Shown here piece after piece: positions 47,069 to 57,358 of a stretch of 64,000 nt of DNA. The DNA comes from a virus. The notes under the pieces are model-generated. The model did no database searches. It was not told the origin of the DNA and was given only the letters and a program-made list of their open reading frames with translations. A program made the translations under genes and the position numbers. Positions within the stretch are counted from its first letter, which is position 1; every line of letters begins with the position of its first letter. Where the stretch lies: positions 1 to 64,000 of the IMG/VR virus record IMGVR_UViG_3300017605_000956; one strand, written 5' to 3'.

Positions 47069-49582
47069 CGACCTGTATGGCCTGTGGGAAATCGCTGAAG
47101 AAAGGCGTAGACTATCCGCGGGAGACGACGGAGATCCACGGGATCGTCGTCACGCCGGAGACGCCAATCCTCTGCTGGGACCCGGACGCCTGTATCAAGC
47201 GCGCTCGTGAGAGGCGCGACTTGCCAGGGTCCGTGAGAAAGGAGCTGTTCAAATGACCAAGTACTTCTTTTTCGGAAACGTGCGTTCCGAAGGAAGCCTC
47301 GACGATCAGGATCGTGTGACGCGGGGCAAGGGTTTCGTGGTCGCCGGCGGCAACGCGAAGGACCACAAAGAGACGGTCGAGATCACTCGCCTGGTGCAGG
47401 AGGGCGTCCAGATGGACGGCATCCACCACGTCGAGGAGATCATCAAGGACGTGGTCAAGAAGGTGAAGGGATGAGCTGCAAGAAGAGGAAGATCCAGCAC
47501 CGCCCCTGCCGATGGAAGGGCGGCTGGATGTGCTTCAACTGCGGCCGTCGGTGGAAGAACTATCCGAGCAACGTGGACCCGAGAAAGGTGAAGGCCTAGA
47601 TGGCGACCAACGACGAAGTCGAGCAGTCGTTCCTGCGCCAGCTTCCGCCGCGTGTCTTGCGGTGGCTCGAGGACTACCACCGCTGCGCGCCCGAGCTGAA
47701 GGATCTCAACTTGGCCCGCCTACTGGTCAACACCTACGGACATGGGTTGGAAGACGGCGCGAAAGCTAAACCCAAGGAAAGGAGCTAGGCCGATGTCGAT
47801 GCCGATCGTGAAGTACGACAAGAAGGGCAGACTGATCTGCCCGACCTGCGAGATGACGATTCCGATCCCGGAGACGCACTGGCTCGGCAAGGGGCCGGGG
47901 ACGTGTCCAAACACCCAGTGGCGCGGAGGTCTGCACCGCTTCTGGATCACGGAGGACGTGTCCTACGCGGTGAACGACATCCGCTCGAAGAGCAATCCCG
48001 ACGGCGAGCAGAAGCGCCTCCTCAAGACGTTCGAGGAGATCCCGCGCGAGATCCGGCCGGAGCAGGAGGGCGGAATCGTCCATGGATGAGCGGTGGACCG
48101 TCATCCTGGAGTTGGCGCCTCCTACGAAGAACAAGCTCGAGGCCGCGGAGCGCGCCCTGAAGGGTGAGGACTACGGGGCGGAGTACGTCGCCACGAAGAA
48201 GAGCGTCCTTCTGTCCGTCGACGTGAGCGGTCAGTTCAAGGCCATCGTGAAGATGTTCCTCGTCGGCCGCCTGATGACGCAGTTCTACGTCGATCAGAGC
48301 GGGTCGTACCACTGGGAAGCGCCTCCCGGCGTGGAGATGAACCAGGGAGAGCGGCTCTTCTTCGTACTCGACGAGTTGGAGGAAGGCGGGGGCAGAGCTA
48401 AGGTTACGTTGGTAGGGATGCGATGAGCCTGATGAAAGGGTCGATCGGAGTGGCGCGTCGGATCCACTATCTCGACCAGGTGGATCGGCCTCAGTTCGGC
48501 GTGTGGGCGAGCTCGGCCTGCGGGTCCTGGGCCGGCTCGGTGAAGGTCGTGCCGGAGAAGGTCCCGGTGTCGTGCGGCGCGTGTCGAAAGCTCGACCCGT
48601 CGAAGATCGAGACGAAGGACATCTCGAACCGGCCTTACGAGCCGGGCAAAGGCGTTTTCTAGGATCGAGGGGGACATCATGGATATTGGCGATCTTGCGG
48701 TCTTTCCAGCGGGGCTGCCGATCAAGGATCGGAGCAGGGCCTTCCAGTACGAGATCGTGCGGCGATGCGAGTGCGGGAAGGTCGACTGCTGGATTGGACG
48801 ATTGACGTCGGGCTTGGAGATGCACTTCCAGGCCAGCAAAGCCCGCATCGTGAAGACGAAGGAGCAGCGCGCCGAGGAGCTGCTGGTCTACGGACCTGAA
48901 GACGAGCTTGAGGAGAACCCGGGTCTATGATCTGCGACGAGTGCAACGAGCGGGTGAAGACGCTTCACCAGAACTTCTACGGAGCCTACTGCGACAAGTG
49001 CGTGGGAGGTGCCGATGACCGGGCGAAGAAGCTCTATGCGGAGCTCCGGAAGGAGGAGCTGCTGTCGGGACCTGAGTTCTTCACCCTGAAGGACTTCGAG
49101 CGGTTCATGATGAAGTTCTCGCTCTACTTCCTCGACAACATGAGCCGGGAGAGCACGAAGCGGATCCGGGGGACGATCCCCCAGCTCCTCCAGCCGGTGT
49201 TCATGTGCTTGCACCTGAAGGACCTCGTGGTCGAGAAGATGCCGTTGAACTACGTGTCGTCGATGAAGTCGGAAGGACGGGACCGGTTCCACTACGGGGC
49301 GACCTACCAGTTCAAGAGGGATGTCCCGAAGGCAGTGGTCATCAAGGCGATGGAAGACGCAGGTTTGATACGAGCAGGGGAACGAGAGGAGGGTTCATGA
49401 CGGGTTACAGGATCGCGGTGTACTGGGAGAAGTTCGGAGGGACGGAAGAGGGCTCGATGAACGACGAGCGGCAGATCGTCGTCGACCGGAAGCCCTCGGG
49501 TCAGGAGATGCGAGATGTCGAGGACGCGCTCCACCTGAAGCTGATGGAGATGGGACTCAAGAAGCAGGGGGACACGCGATGA
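47065..49582 (+). CDS. run of small hypothetical and zinc-ribbon genes (47065-47256, 47253-47474, 47471-47599, 47600-47788, 47793-48089, 48082-48426, 48423-48662, 48679-48930, 48927-49400, 49397-49582)
   Basis: continuous ATGA-coupled ORFs, many with CxxC. Confidence 0.6.
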
Positions 49583-51402
49583 GGCGCAGCATTGTAGCGG
49601 TAGACCTGTTTTGTGGCGCAGGCGGAACGAGCACGGGCCTCGCCCAGGCGTGCGAGCAGCTCGGCCTGAAGGTCGAGCTCACGGCGATCAACCACTGGAA
49701 GGTCGCCATCGCGTCCCACAAGAAAAACCATCCGTGGGCGAGGCACATCGACTCCACCATCGAGAAGGTCGACCCGTTGGACGTGGCGCCAGGGCGGCGC
49801 ATCGACCTCCTGGTGGCGAGCCCGGAGTGCAGGCACCACTCGACGGCCCGCGGCGGCCGGCCGATCAACGACCAGAAGCGGTCGAGCGCGTGGCACATCC
49901 TCCGCTGGGCGGAGCTGCTCTACGTGAAGAACATCCTGATCGAGAACGTCCCCGAGTTCAGGAAGTGGGGGCCGGTGAATTCCAAGGGCAAGCGGATCAA
50001 GTCGCTCGAGGGGAAGACCTACGAGGCCTTCGTCAACGCGCTGCGCGCCCTCGGCTACCACGTCGAGGAGCGGATCCTCAATGCGGCGGACTACGGCGAC
50101 GCCACGACCCGCAAGAGGCTCTTCATCATCGCCAGGCGGCACAAACGGACGATCCCTTGGCCGAAGCCGTCCCACTCCCAGGCTCAGTGGACGCCGGCGA
50201 AGAAGATCATCAACTGGGCGCTCCCGGGAACCTCGATCTTCCGGCGCAAGGAGGCCGGGCTTCAGCCGCTCGCGGCGAAGACGATCGACCGGATCGCGGA
50301 GGGCATCAAGAAGTTCGCCGGGCCGTGGGCCGAGCCGTTCCTGGTGCTGCTCCGTGGTACCGGGAAGTCCAGGTCGATCAAGCTCCCCCTCCCGGCGCTG
50401 ACCGCGCAGGGGAACCACGTCGCACTGTGCGAACCCTTCCTGCTGTCGCACCGCGTGTTCAAGCAGAGCAACGTCGACTCGATCAAGAAGCCGATGCGGA
50501 CGATCACGTCGACGGCGAGGGACATCGCTCTCGCCCAGCCGTTCCTGATCAACCTCGAGCACTACGGCGGAAACGGGAAGAACGTCCGGTCGATGAAGGA
50601 CCCGATCTACACGATTTCCACGAAGACCGGGATGGGGATAGCGGTGCCCTTCATGGTACCGCAGTTCGGGGAGAACAAGGGGCAGAAGCCCAGGACTCAC
50701 TCTGTCGGGAAGCCTCTGCCCGCACCCACCAGTCATGGCGCCGGCGCGCTGGTCGCTCCGATCATCATCACCCCCGGAGGTCCAAATCTCAGGAAGGGAC
50801 GAAGCGTGAACGAGCCGCTGCCCACGGTGACGTGCAAGGACCGCTTCGCCGTGGCGACGCCGTTCATCCTGCCCAGGAAGGGCTTCTACCAGAGCACGGG
50901 CAACATCCCGCGATCGGTGGAGAAGCCCATCCCGACGGCCACGACCCGCGGCGCCGGGTTCCTGGTCGAGCCGTACATGGTGAAGGTCAACCACGGCCAG
51001 AACGACACGAAGAAGGGCTCTGTGGGACGTCGAGCCCACTCGCTCAAGAAGCCCCTGCCCACGCTGACGACGCACAACGGGATGGCGCTCGTCGCGCCCA
51101 TGCTGGTGAAGTACTACGGCACCGGGCAAGCCAAGAGCGTGACGGATCCGGTTCCGACGATGACCACGAAGGCGAGGGCCGGGCTCTGCACGCCCATCGC
51201 GGCCGGGGAGTACGCGATCGACATCCTGTTCCGGATGCTGACCCCGCAGGAGCTGGCGGCCGCGATGAGCTTCCCAAAGGGATACGAGTTCGCAGGGCGC
51301 AAAGAGGACCAGGTGAAGCAGATCGGGAATGCCGTGGCGGTGAAGAAGGCGCGCGCCCTCTGCACGGCGATCCTCAAGGAAGAGTTTCGAGTCAGGGCGT
51401 AG
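49579..51402 (+). CDS. C5 cytosine DNA methyltransferase
   Basis: DLFCGAGG, SPEC, ENVPEF, RKRLF, QIGNAV; repeated RSxxxPLPTxT. Confidence 0.93.
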   Translation: MRRSIVAVDLFCGAGGTSTGLAQACEQLGLKVELTAINHWKVAIASHKKNHPWARHIDSTIEKVDPLDVAPGRRIDLLVASPECRHHSTARGGRPINDQKRSSAWHILRWAELLYVKNILIENVPEFRKWGPVNSKGKRIKSLEGKTYEAFVNALRALGYHVEERILNAADYGDATTRKRLFIIARRHKRTIPWPKPSHSQAQWTPAKKIINWALPGTSIFRRKEAGLQPLAAKTIDRIAEGIKKFAGPWAEPFLVLLRGTGKSRSIKLPLPALTAQGNHVALCEPFLLSHRVFKQSNVDSIKKPMRTITSTARDIALAQPFLINLEHYGGNGKNVRSMKDPIYTISTKTGMGIAVPFMVPQFGENKGQKPRTHSVGKPLPAPTSHGAGALVAPIIITPGGPNLRKGRSVNEPLPTVTCKDRFAVATPFILPRKGFYQSTGNIPRSVEKPIPTATTRGAGFLVEPYMVKVNHGQNDTKKGSVGRRAHSLKKPLPTLTTHNGMALVAPMLVKYYGTGQAKSVTDPVPTMTTKARAGLCTPIAAGEYAIDILFRMLTPQELAAAMSFPKGYEFAGRKEDQVKQIGNAVAVKKARALCTAILKEEFRVRA

Positions 51403-51676
51403 CTATGTGCCTGAGCTGCAAGCGGTGCGCGTGTCCCCACGGCGCCGGTCCCTGTGACCTGTACACGCCGAATGGGGTTTGCGTCGCCTGTCGTAACTTT
51501 TGCGAGAAGGGGTTGAACCGTGGCCTGTCGTGGGCACATTTGGGACGTGCCTCGTCTGGAGCACCTGGACTTCGGGACGGGGCCGCGGCACAGGAAGTAC
51601 AGGAAGTGCCTTAGGTGCGAGAAGCGTCAAACGGAGTTTTCGGTTCCCTGTAATTGCGAAGGAATGGAGAAGAGAG

Positions 51677-52129
51677 ATGGGCAAGTACGCGGAGGGGACG
51701 AGCGTCCCCGTGGAGAGAAGTCAGACCGAGATCAACCGGGTCCTGGCGAAGTTCGGCGCGGACCAGTTCGCGCAGGCCTCGAGCACGACGCCTCCGGCGG
51801 TCCTGATCGGGTTCAGGGCCAAGGGCAAGCTGATCAAGTTCCACCTGCCCATGCCGACGGGAAAGGACTTCCGGGGCACGGAGCTCCAGATCGAGAAGCA
51901 GTTCCAGGCGGAGTGCCGGCGCCGGTGGCGCGCGCTGCTCCTCGTGCTGAAGGCGAAGCTCGAAGCGGTCGACTCGGGCATCACCACGTTTGAGCAGGAG
52001 TTCTACGCCCACATGGTCCTGCCTGGCGGGATGACGGTCTTCGAGTCGACGAACAAGGAGGTCTCGCGGGCGATCGAGACGGGAACGCCTCCTTCGTTCA
52101 TGATCGGCTTCGACGGGGGAAAGAAGTGA
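51677..52129 (+). CDS. hypothetical phage protein
   Basis: YAEGTSVPVERSQTEI...RWRALLL..KAKLEAV..FEQEF. Confidence 0.75.
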   Translation: MGKYAEGTSVPVERSQTEINRVLAKFGADQFAQASSTTPPAVLIGFRAKGKLIKFHLPMPTGKDFRGTELQIEKQFQAECRRRWRALLLVLKAKLEAVDSGITTFEQEFYAHMVLPGGMTVFESTNKEVSRAIETGTPPSFMIGFDGGKK

Positions 52130-52911
52130 GCGACAACATCGAGCTGGTCTTGGGGGACGGCATCCGCTGGCTCGAGCGCCAGTCGGCCAGCTCGCTCGAC
52201 GGGATCTTCACGGATCCGCCATGGGGCGCAGGCCCGGAGATCAAGGGCCAGGCCCAGTGGAAGGAGCTGATCTCGAAGATGTCGCGTGCCGCGTTTCGGG
52301 CGTTGAAGCCGAGCGGTCGGCTCCTGCTGTGGGTGGGGATCAACCGGATGGACGGGGCGATCCGTTCAGTGACGAAACGCCTGACCTTCTCTGGAGCGAT
52401 CGTTATTCGCACCATCCCGCCCACGTGCCGCGGCCGCTGGGTGCTCGGTGGCGACCACGTTCTGATCTACGGCCGCTACGGGTACGCGAGGCCTGTCGCG
52501 AAGATGGCTGCCGGGGAGATCACGCTGCCGTCGCTCTACGGGAACTTCACGAGCTCCGGCGTCCGGACGGGACCGGACACCGATCACCCATGCGCGCGGG
52601 ACCTGCGGCCGGCGACGATCATCGCGCGGCAGTGGTTCCGAGCTGGGGAGCGAGTCGCTGACCCGTTCGGCGGATCCGCCGTGCTGGCGTGCGCCCTCGC
52701 GGACGTCGGAGCGAAAGCCACGTCGATCGAGATCGACCCGAAGATGCACAAGACCGCGGTGAACCGTGTGGCTCACCGCACGCCGAATCTGTTTAGGGAG
52801 AGGGACCATGGCCCACAAGATCAGGACCATCTGTTCGATCTGCGACAAGGAGCTCGCACCCAGGAACGGCGCCCCCGGCGATCCCGCGCACATCCGGTAC
52901 GTGGACGATGA
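52126..52911 (+). CDS. N4-C/N6-A DNA methyltransferase (beta class)
   Basis: IFTDPPW before VADPFGGS; IEID. Confidence 0.85.
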   Translation: MSDNIELVLGDGIRWLERQSASSLDGIFTDPPWGAGPEIKGQAQWKELISKMSRAAFRALKPSGRLLLWVGINRMDGAIRSVTKRLTFSGAIVIRTIPPTCRGRWVLGGDHVLIYGRYGYARPVAKMAAGEITLPSLYGNFTSSGVRTGPDTDHPCARDLRPATIIARQWFRAGERVADPFGGSAVLACALADVGAKATSIEIDPKMHKTAVNRVAHRTPNLFRERDHGPQDQDHLFDLRQGARTQERRPRRSRAHPVRGR

Positions 52912-53131
52912 GCGCCACAGCGGGTGCAGCCGGCCGTCCTCGATCGGGAAGAAGCCGATCCGGGTCGGCGGCTACGACCCGGAGAAGAAGCGCGACACGA
53001 CCGGCGAGTCGGTGCGCGCCCTGGATGGGACCGGTCTGACGGAGCGCCCGGCTCCGGTCGTCTAACTTTTCTGGCCTGGTATCGGGGGGTGGGGCGGAGC
53101 CCCACCCCCCGACCGAAGACGCGAGGAGAAT

Positions 53132-53539
53132 ATGGATCTGCCCTGCCCGTACTGCCGGGGGTCCGGCAAGTTTCGTCACGAGCGTCCGAAGAACGTCTCG
53201 GACAAGTGGTGGTTCGACATGGTCGGTCAGAGGATGGCTTGCCCCCTGTGCAAGGGCGCGGGCAAGATCGTCCGAGGCGCGGACTCGCTGGTCGTGGACA
53301 CCGGCCTGATCTTCATCAAGAACCTCGACCGCAGGGTTCTGGTGGGATGCCCGGACCAGACCTGCACCCTCTGGGTCGATGCGACGGACGCCTTCGGCCG
53401 GCGCGAGATGAGCGCACCCACCGGGCGCGCGAAGACCGTGGCCGACACGCCCCAGGCCGACTTCGCGGTGAAGTGCAAGAACGGCCACGACGTCGTTCTC
53501 TCGATGACTCCGGGAGCTGCTCGGTGGAAGCCCCATTGA
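53132..53539 (+). CDS. DnaJ-type zinc-finger protein
   Basis: CPYCRGSG, CPLCKGAG. Confidence 0.65.
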   Translation: MDLPCPYCRGSGKFRHERPKNVSDKWWFDMVGQRMACPLCKGAGKIVRGADSLVVDTGLIFIKNLDRRVLVGCPDQTCTLWVDATDAFGRREMSAPTGRAKTVADTPQADFAVKCKNGHDVVLSMTPGAARWKPH

Positions 53540-53790
53540 TCGGCATCGCGAAGTCGCTGGTGAAGCACCTCGAGGAGGCTGGGGTCGAGGTCACTCCCGA
53601 TCTCGACTTCGCGGTCGAGGCCTGCAGGGGCTCCCTCAAGAAGGGGGTCCGGGAGTTCATGGACCTGGCCGAGAAGACGTTCACGAATCGGATCAGGCCG
53701 AGGCGGAAGGCGCTGGGCGTCTTCAGGAAGTTCCGGGAGGACGTGAAGGTGTGGCTGGCGGAATTGGTGCTCACGGAGAGAGAGGTCTGA
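53536..53790 (+). CDS. hypothetical protein (VWLAELVLT)
   Basis: TTGA overlap; shared tag. Confidence 0.6.
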   Translation: MIGIAKSLVKHLEEAGVEVTPDLDFAVEACRGSLKKGVREFMDLAEKTFTNRIRPRRKALGVFRKFREDVKVWLAELVLTEREV

Positions 53791-54227
53791 TGAACACGCA
53801 CGATGCGGTGATGCCGTTCGGGAAGTACCAGGGAGAGCGGGTGACGAGGGTCCCCGTGAGCTACCTGAAGTGGGCCGTCTCGGTGAGGGCCGAGGCGCCA
53901 GTCGAGACGAAGGAGGGCAGCTTCCCGTTCCACGAGGTCGCGAAGTCGGAGATGCAGCGCCGCGGGGAGCGGCTCGAGAACATCGACGTCTCGCTCCATG
54001 CGATCGACCGGGCGAGCCTGTACTTCGTCCCGAAGTTCCGCCTGGAGCACGGGCACATGGAGGGGATCGCGAGCTGGCTGGGCCGGCTGGCGTGGGAGGC
54101 GTGGCAGCGCCGGACGGAGCTCGGCGCGCGCAAGGAAGACGGGACCTGGAAGCTGATCCACAACGGGATCAAGTTCGTGATCGAGGAACAGGCGATCCCG
54201 GTCGTGAAGACCGTGGAGACGCTGTAG
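53790..54227 (+). CDS. DUF3820/ExoX C-terminal-like protein
   Basis: MPFGKYQG...VPVSYLKW. Confidence 0.7.
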   Translation: MNTHDAVMPFGKYQGERVTRVPVSYLKWAVSVRAEAPVETKEGSFPFHEVAKSEMQRRGERLENIDVSLHAIDRASLYFVPKFRLEHGHMEGIASWLGRLAWEAWQRRTELGARKEDGTWKLIHNGIKFVIEEQAIPVVKTVETL

Positions 54228-54237
54228 GGAGGACGCG

Positions 54238-55345
54238 ATGACAAAGTTCAAGACCGACCTGTTCGGCGGGGCGAAGAGGGGGGCGCAGCCCCCCTCTGAG
54301 CCCAGCGACCCCAATGCCCCTCCGCCGGGGCCGTTCGCCCAGGAGCCGCCCAAGCCCGAGAAGGCCAAGGGCCGGAAGGCGATCCACCCCGGGCTGGAGC
54401 TGACCACCCGGCGATGCTTGAAATGCTCGGCGTTTCTACACTTCAGGGTCTACGCCGTTGACGAGCAGGACCTAGTATTGCTGGCCCCCTTCATCCACGT
54501 CAAAATCGCCTACTGCGAGTGCGGGATCTGGACGATGGATAGTCGTGACCGGATCCGCTGGATCAGGTATTCTTCCGGGGAGGCCGTGCCGGGCGGTGGC
54601 CCGCTCTACGCGCCGGAGAAGCAGCATGAGCCCAAGGAATGAAGACGATCAACACGGGCTTCCTGGGACTCCTCAGGAGCAGGGTGACGACCCTGGAACT
54701 GGAGCGCCGGTACCAGGAGGCGGCAGCCTGCCGTTCCCTGCTCAGGCAGGCGGAGCGGGCGGTGCTCAAGCCCGAGCAAATGCTACCGGACGCACTCAAA
54801 TTGCTGGACCTGGAAATCCGCAAGATTCTGGGCATCCGCCCGGAGTGAGAAAGGGCCGTCGGTCGGCCGTCCGGGGTGAGCAGGACTTCTTCGCCGGCCA
54901 GGTGATCAAGGCCCAGATCGTCAACCGGATGCCCCAGGCCTACTTCAAGAAGCTCATGAAGAAGGGCTGGGACCCGGGGTACTTCGTGGAGCTGGAGCCC
55001 GACGACTACCCGACGCTGGCGACCCGCATCAGGTTCGAGAGGTTCGGGATGGTCGACCACGGCAACGGCAAGAAGGTCCCGATCCTCAACGAGTACAGGA
55101 CGCGGGCCGTGGTCCTCTCGAAGGGTATCGACGACACCAACCGCCGGATTGTTGGGCAGGGAGACGGGTGGGTGATCGGTCTGTGGATCTCGATCCTCCG
55201 GCGCCAGATCAAGCAGGGGTCCCTGGACGTGAAGGCGTGGGCGTTCGAGGTCCTGACCGGGCTGGAGCGCGACGACGCCTACTGGCACACCCAGGCCGAC
55301 AACTGGACGACGGACCTTCTGCAAAAAAACGCGCCGGAGGCGTGA
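54238..55345 (+). CDS. three hypothetical proteins (54238-54642, 54639-54848, 54845-55345)
   Basis: coupled ORFs. Confidence 0.6.
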
Positions 55346-55357
55346 CCGCCGCGCGCA

Positions 55358-55488
55358 TAGTACTCGAGTACTAGAGGAGAGTAGAGTAGTACGTATCGGG
55401 CTCGGCCACCCCTTCGGGGTGGCCTCGCCCGAACTGGGTGAATGGTGTCTCGCGCCCCCCCTACCCCCCGGAGGGGGGTTATGGGGGG
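55358..55488. repeat. palindrome plus hairpin cluster (second candidate origin or control site)
   Basis: tagtactcgagtacta at 55358-55373; tcgggc-tc-ggccacccc-ttc-ggggtggcc-tc-gcccga; polyC/polyG stem with GGA loop. Confidence 0.8.
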
Positions 55489-55542
55489 AAACGGGATTTT
55501 TGTCAAGATGGAAAACGCTTTTCGATTTCGGATAAGCTACAA

Positions 55543-56259
55543 ATGCTGATGACGCGAAATCTGCTGTTCCACCTGTACCCGAAGCGGAAGACTTTCTGGC
55601 GGTGGCACGTCGAGCAGCTCATCCGCTTCCGCGACGTGTGGAACGGCAAGAAGATCATCGTCGTCGTCGAGGACGATCACACCGAGCCGTGGCAGGACGT
55701 GTTCGAGGCACTCAGCCCGGTCGACGCCCTGGTGTACTTCAAGCGCAACACCCCCGAGCTGGGCGAGGTGAAGTACTTCATCCCGATGCTGCGCCTCCTC
55801 GAGTCGCTCGACCCCAACGAGGCCACGTTCTACGCGCACGCCAAGGGCGTGTCGCACGACTCGATGCTGGCCCAGATCCAGATGTGGTCGAAGGCGATGT
55901 ACGAGCTCAACCTGTCCTTCCCGGAGATCGTCGATCGACGGCTCGAGAAGGCGGCCACGGTCGGAGCCTTCCGCGTCCAGATCAAGCACTCGGGCGCCCC
56001 CTGGTGTTACGCGGGGACCTACTTCTGGCTCAAGCACTCCGAGCTGTTTTCTCGGAATTGGACCGAGATCGAGCAGACGCGGTATGGGGTCGAGGGGTAC
56101 CCCGGGCGCCACTTCAAGTTCAGCGAGTCCTCGGCGCTCACGGTGAACTCGATGCCCGACCACGAGCTCCCCAACTGGCTCTACGCCCGCAACAGTATGG
56201 CTGGCGTGACCCAGGCCCATCTCGGTAGGATGCTCGAGCATTTGCAGAAGGAGGGGTGA
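55543..56259 (+). CDS. putative glycosyltransferase-like protein
   Basis: FYAHAKGVS, YAGTYFW, RYGVEGYPG; adjacent to a methyltransferase. Confidence 0.55.
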   Translation: MLMTRNLLFHLYPKRKTFWRWHVEQLIRFRDVWNGKKIIVVVEDDHTEPWQDVFEALSPVDALVYFKRNTPELGEVKYFIPMLRLLESLDPNEATFYAHAKGVSHDSMLAQIQMWSKAMYELNLSFPEIVDRRLEKAATVGAFRVQIKHSGAPWCYAGTYFWLKHSELFSRNWTEIEQTRYGVEGYPGRHFKFSESSALTVNSMPDHELPNWLYARNSMAGVTQAHLGRMLEHLQKEG

Positions 56260-56795
56260 TGCACCCGAGCGTGATGGACTTCCTGGCCGCCGACATCCAG
56301 AGGTCGGAGATCGCTGGGAAGGATGTGCTGGAGGTCGGCTCCCAGGACGTGAACGGCTCGCCGCGGCAGGTGCTGGGCAAGTTCTCCCCGCAGAAGTACG
56401 TCGGGGTGGACTTCGCGGCTGGCAAGGGCGTGGACCTCGTGCTCGACGTCGCGAGGCTGTCCTCGCACTTCGGCTGCGAGAGCTTCGACGTGGTGATCTC
56501 GACGGAGATGCTGGAGCACGCCCAGGACTGGCGGACGGCCGTGAACCAGATGAAGGACGTCCTCCGGCCTGGCGGCCTTCTCGTGGTGACGACCCGCGGG
56601 CCGGGGTTCCCCTACCACGGCTACCCCCACGACTACTGGAGATACGAGATCCAGCATTTTCTCAGGATCTTCGCGGATATGCGGATCGACCGGCTGATCA
56701 GCGACCCGCAGTTCCCGGGGGTGTTCCTGAAGGCTCAGAAGGTCGACGGGACGGCCTCGATCGACCTGTCGAAGATCGAAGTGAAGAGGGTCTGA
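56259..56795 (+). CDS. class I SAM-dependent methyltransferase
   Basis: VLEVGS.DVNG, YVGVD, FDVVISTEMLEH, LRPGG, HGYPHDYWRY. Confidence 0.88.
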   Translation: MHPSVMDFLAADIQRSEIAGKDVLEVGSQDVNGSPRQVLGKFSPQKYVGVDFAAGKGVDLVLDVARLSSHFGCESFDVVISTEMLEHAQDWRTAVNQMKDVLRPGGLLVVTTRGPGFPYHGYPHDYWRYEIQHFLRIFADMRIDRLISDPQFPGVFLKAQKVDGTASIDLSKIEVKRV

Positions 56796-56965
56796 TGAAC
56801 AACGGCGTGGACCACAACAACCGGGTGCAGAGGATGTACCTCCCGCCGGCCAAGAACTCGCCGGTGGTGAACTGCTTCGCGATCCTGATCCTGGCGACGG
56901 CGATAATCTGCGGGCTGGCGACGCTCGGCTGCTTCGCAGCCATGATCTACTACTCGAGGCGATGA
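56795..56965 (+). CDS. small single-TM protein (not in ORF track)
   Basis: coupled on both sides; CFAILILATAIICGLATLGCFAAMIYY. Confidence 0.55.
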   Translation: MNNGVDHNNRVQRMYLPPAKNSPVVNCFAILILATAIICGLATLGCFAAMIYYSRR

Positions 56966-57231
56966 TGGCGAAGAAGACGAAGCTCAAGAAGCTCACGATC
57001 GAGGACCTCATGCACGAGGTCTCGAAGGTCCAGGCGGCTCTCGGGCCGGTGCTGAAGCTCAACGAGACGCTCCAGCAGCTCCAGCCCACCATGAACCAGT
57101 TGCTCGGGGAGCTCCGCGCGGTGCGGATCCTGCTCGACGAGAAAAAGCAGTACGCCTTCATGGACAAGCCCAGGGTCAAGCCCGAGGACCAGCGTCCGAT
57201 TCCAGAGAGCCTCGGCCTTCCCAGGCTCTGA
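56962..57231 (+). CDS. small coiled-coil protein
   Basis: ATGA overlap. Confidence 0.65.
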   Translation: MMAKKTKLKKLTIEDLMHEVSKVQAALGPVLKLNETLQQLQPTMNQLLGELRAVRILLDEKKQYAFMDKPRVKPEDQRPIPESLGLPRL

Positions 57232-57302
57232 ATCCAGCTAAGGCGGGGGCATACCGGAGAAATTACTCGGAGCAAATACTCAGCCGCATTCTGGCTATCT
57301 GC

Positions 57303-57331
57303 TTGACAAACTTCTGAGGTCGCCATACACT
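57303..57331 (+). promoter_or_regulatory. sigma70-type promoter
   Basis: TTGACA-N17-TACACT. Confidence 0.8.
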
Positions 57332-57358
57332 TCCGACCAAGAAACCTCGGAGGATGGA

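Noticed and set aside
51405-51676. Cys-rich mini-ORFs after the C5 methylase
   Set aside because: Several overlapping frames are plausible; the real one cannot be determined by eye.
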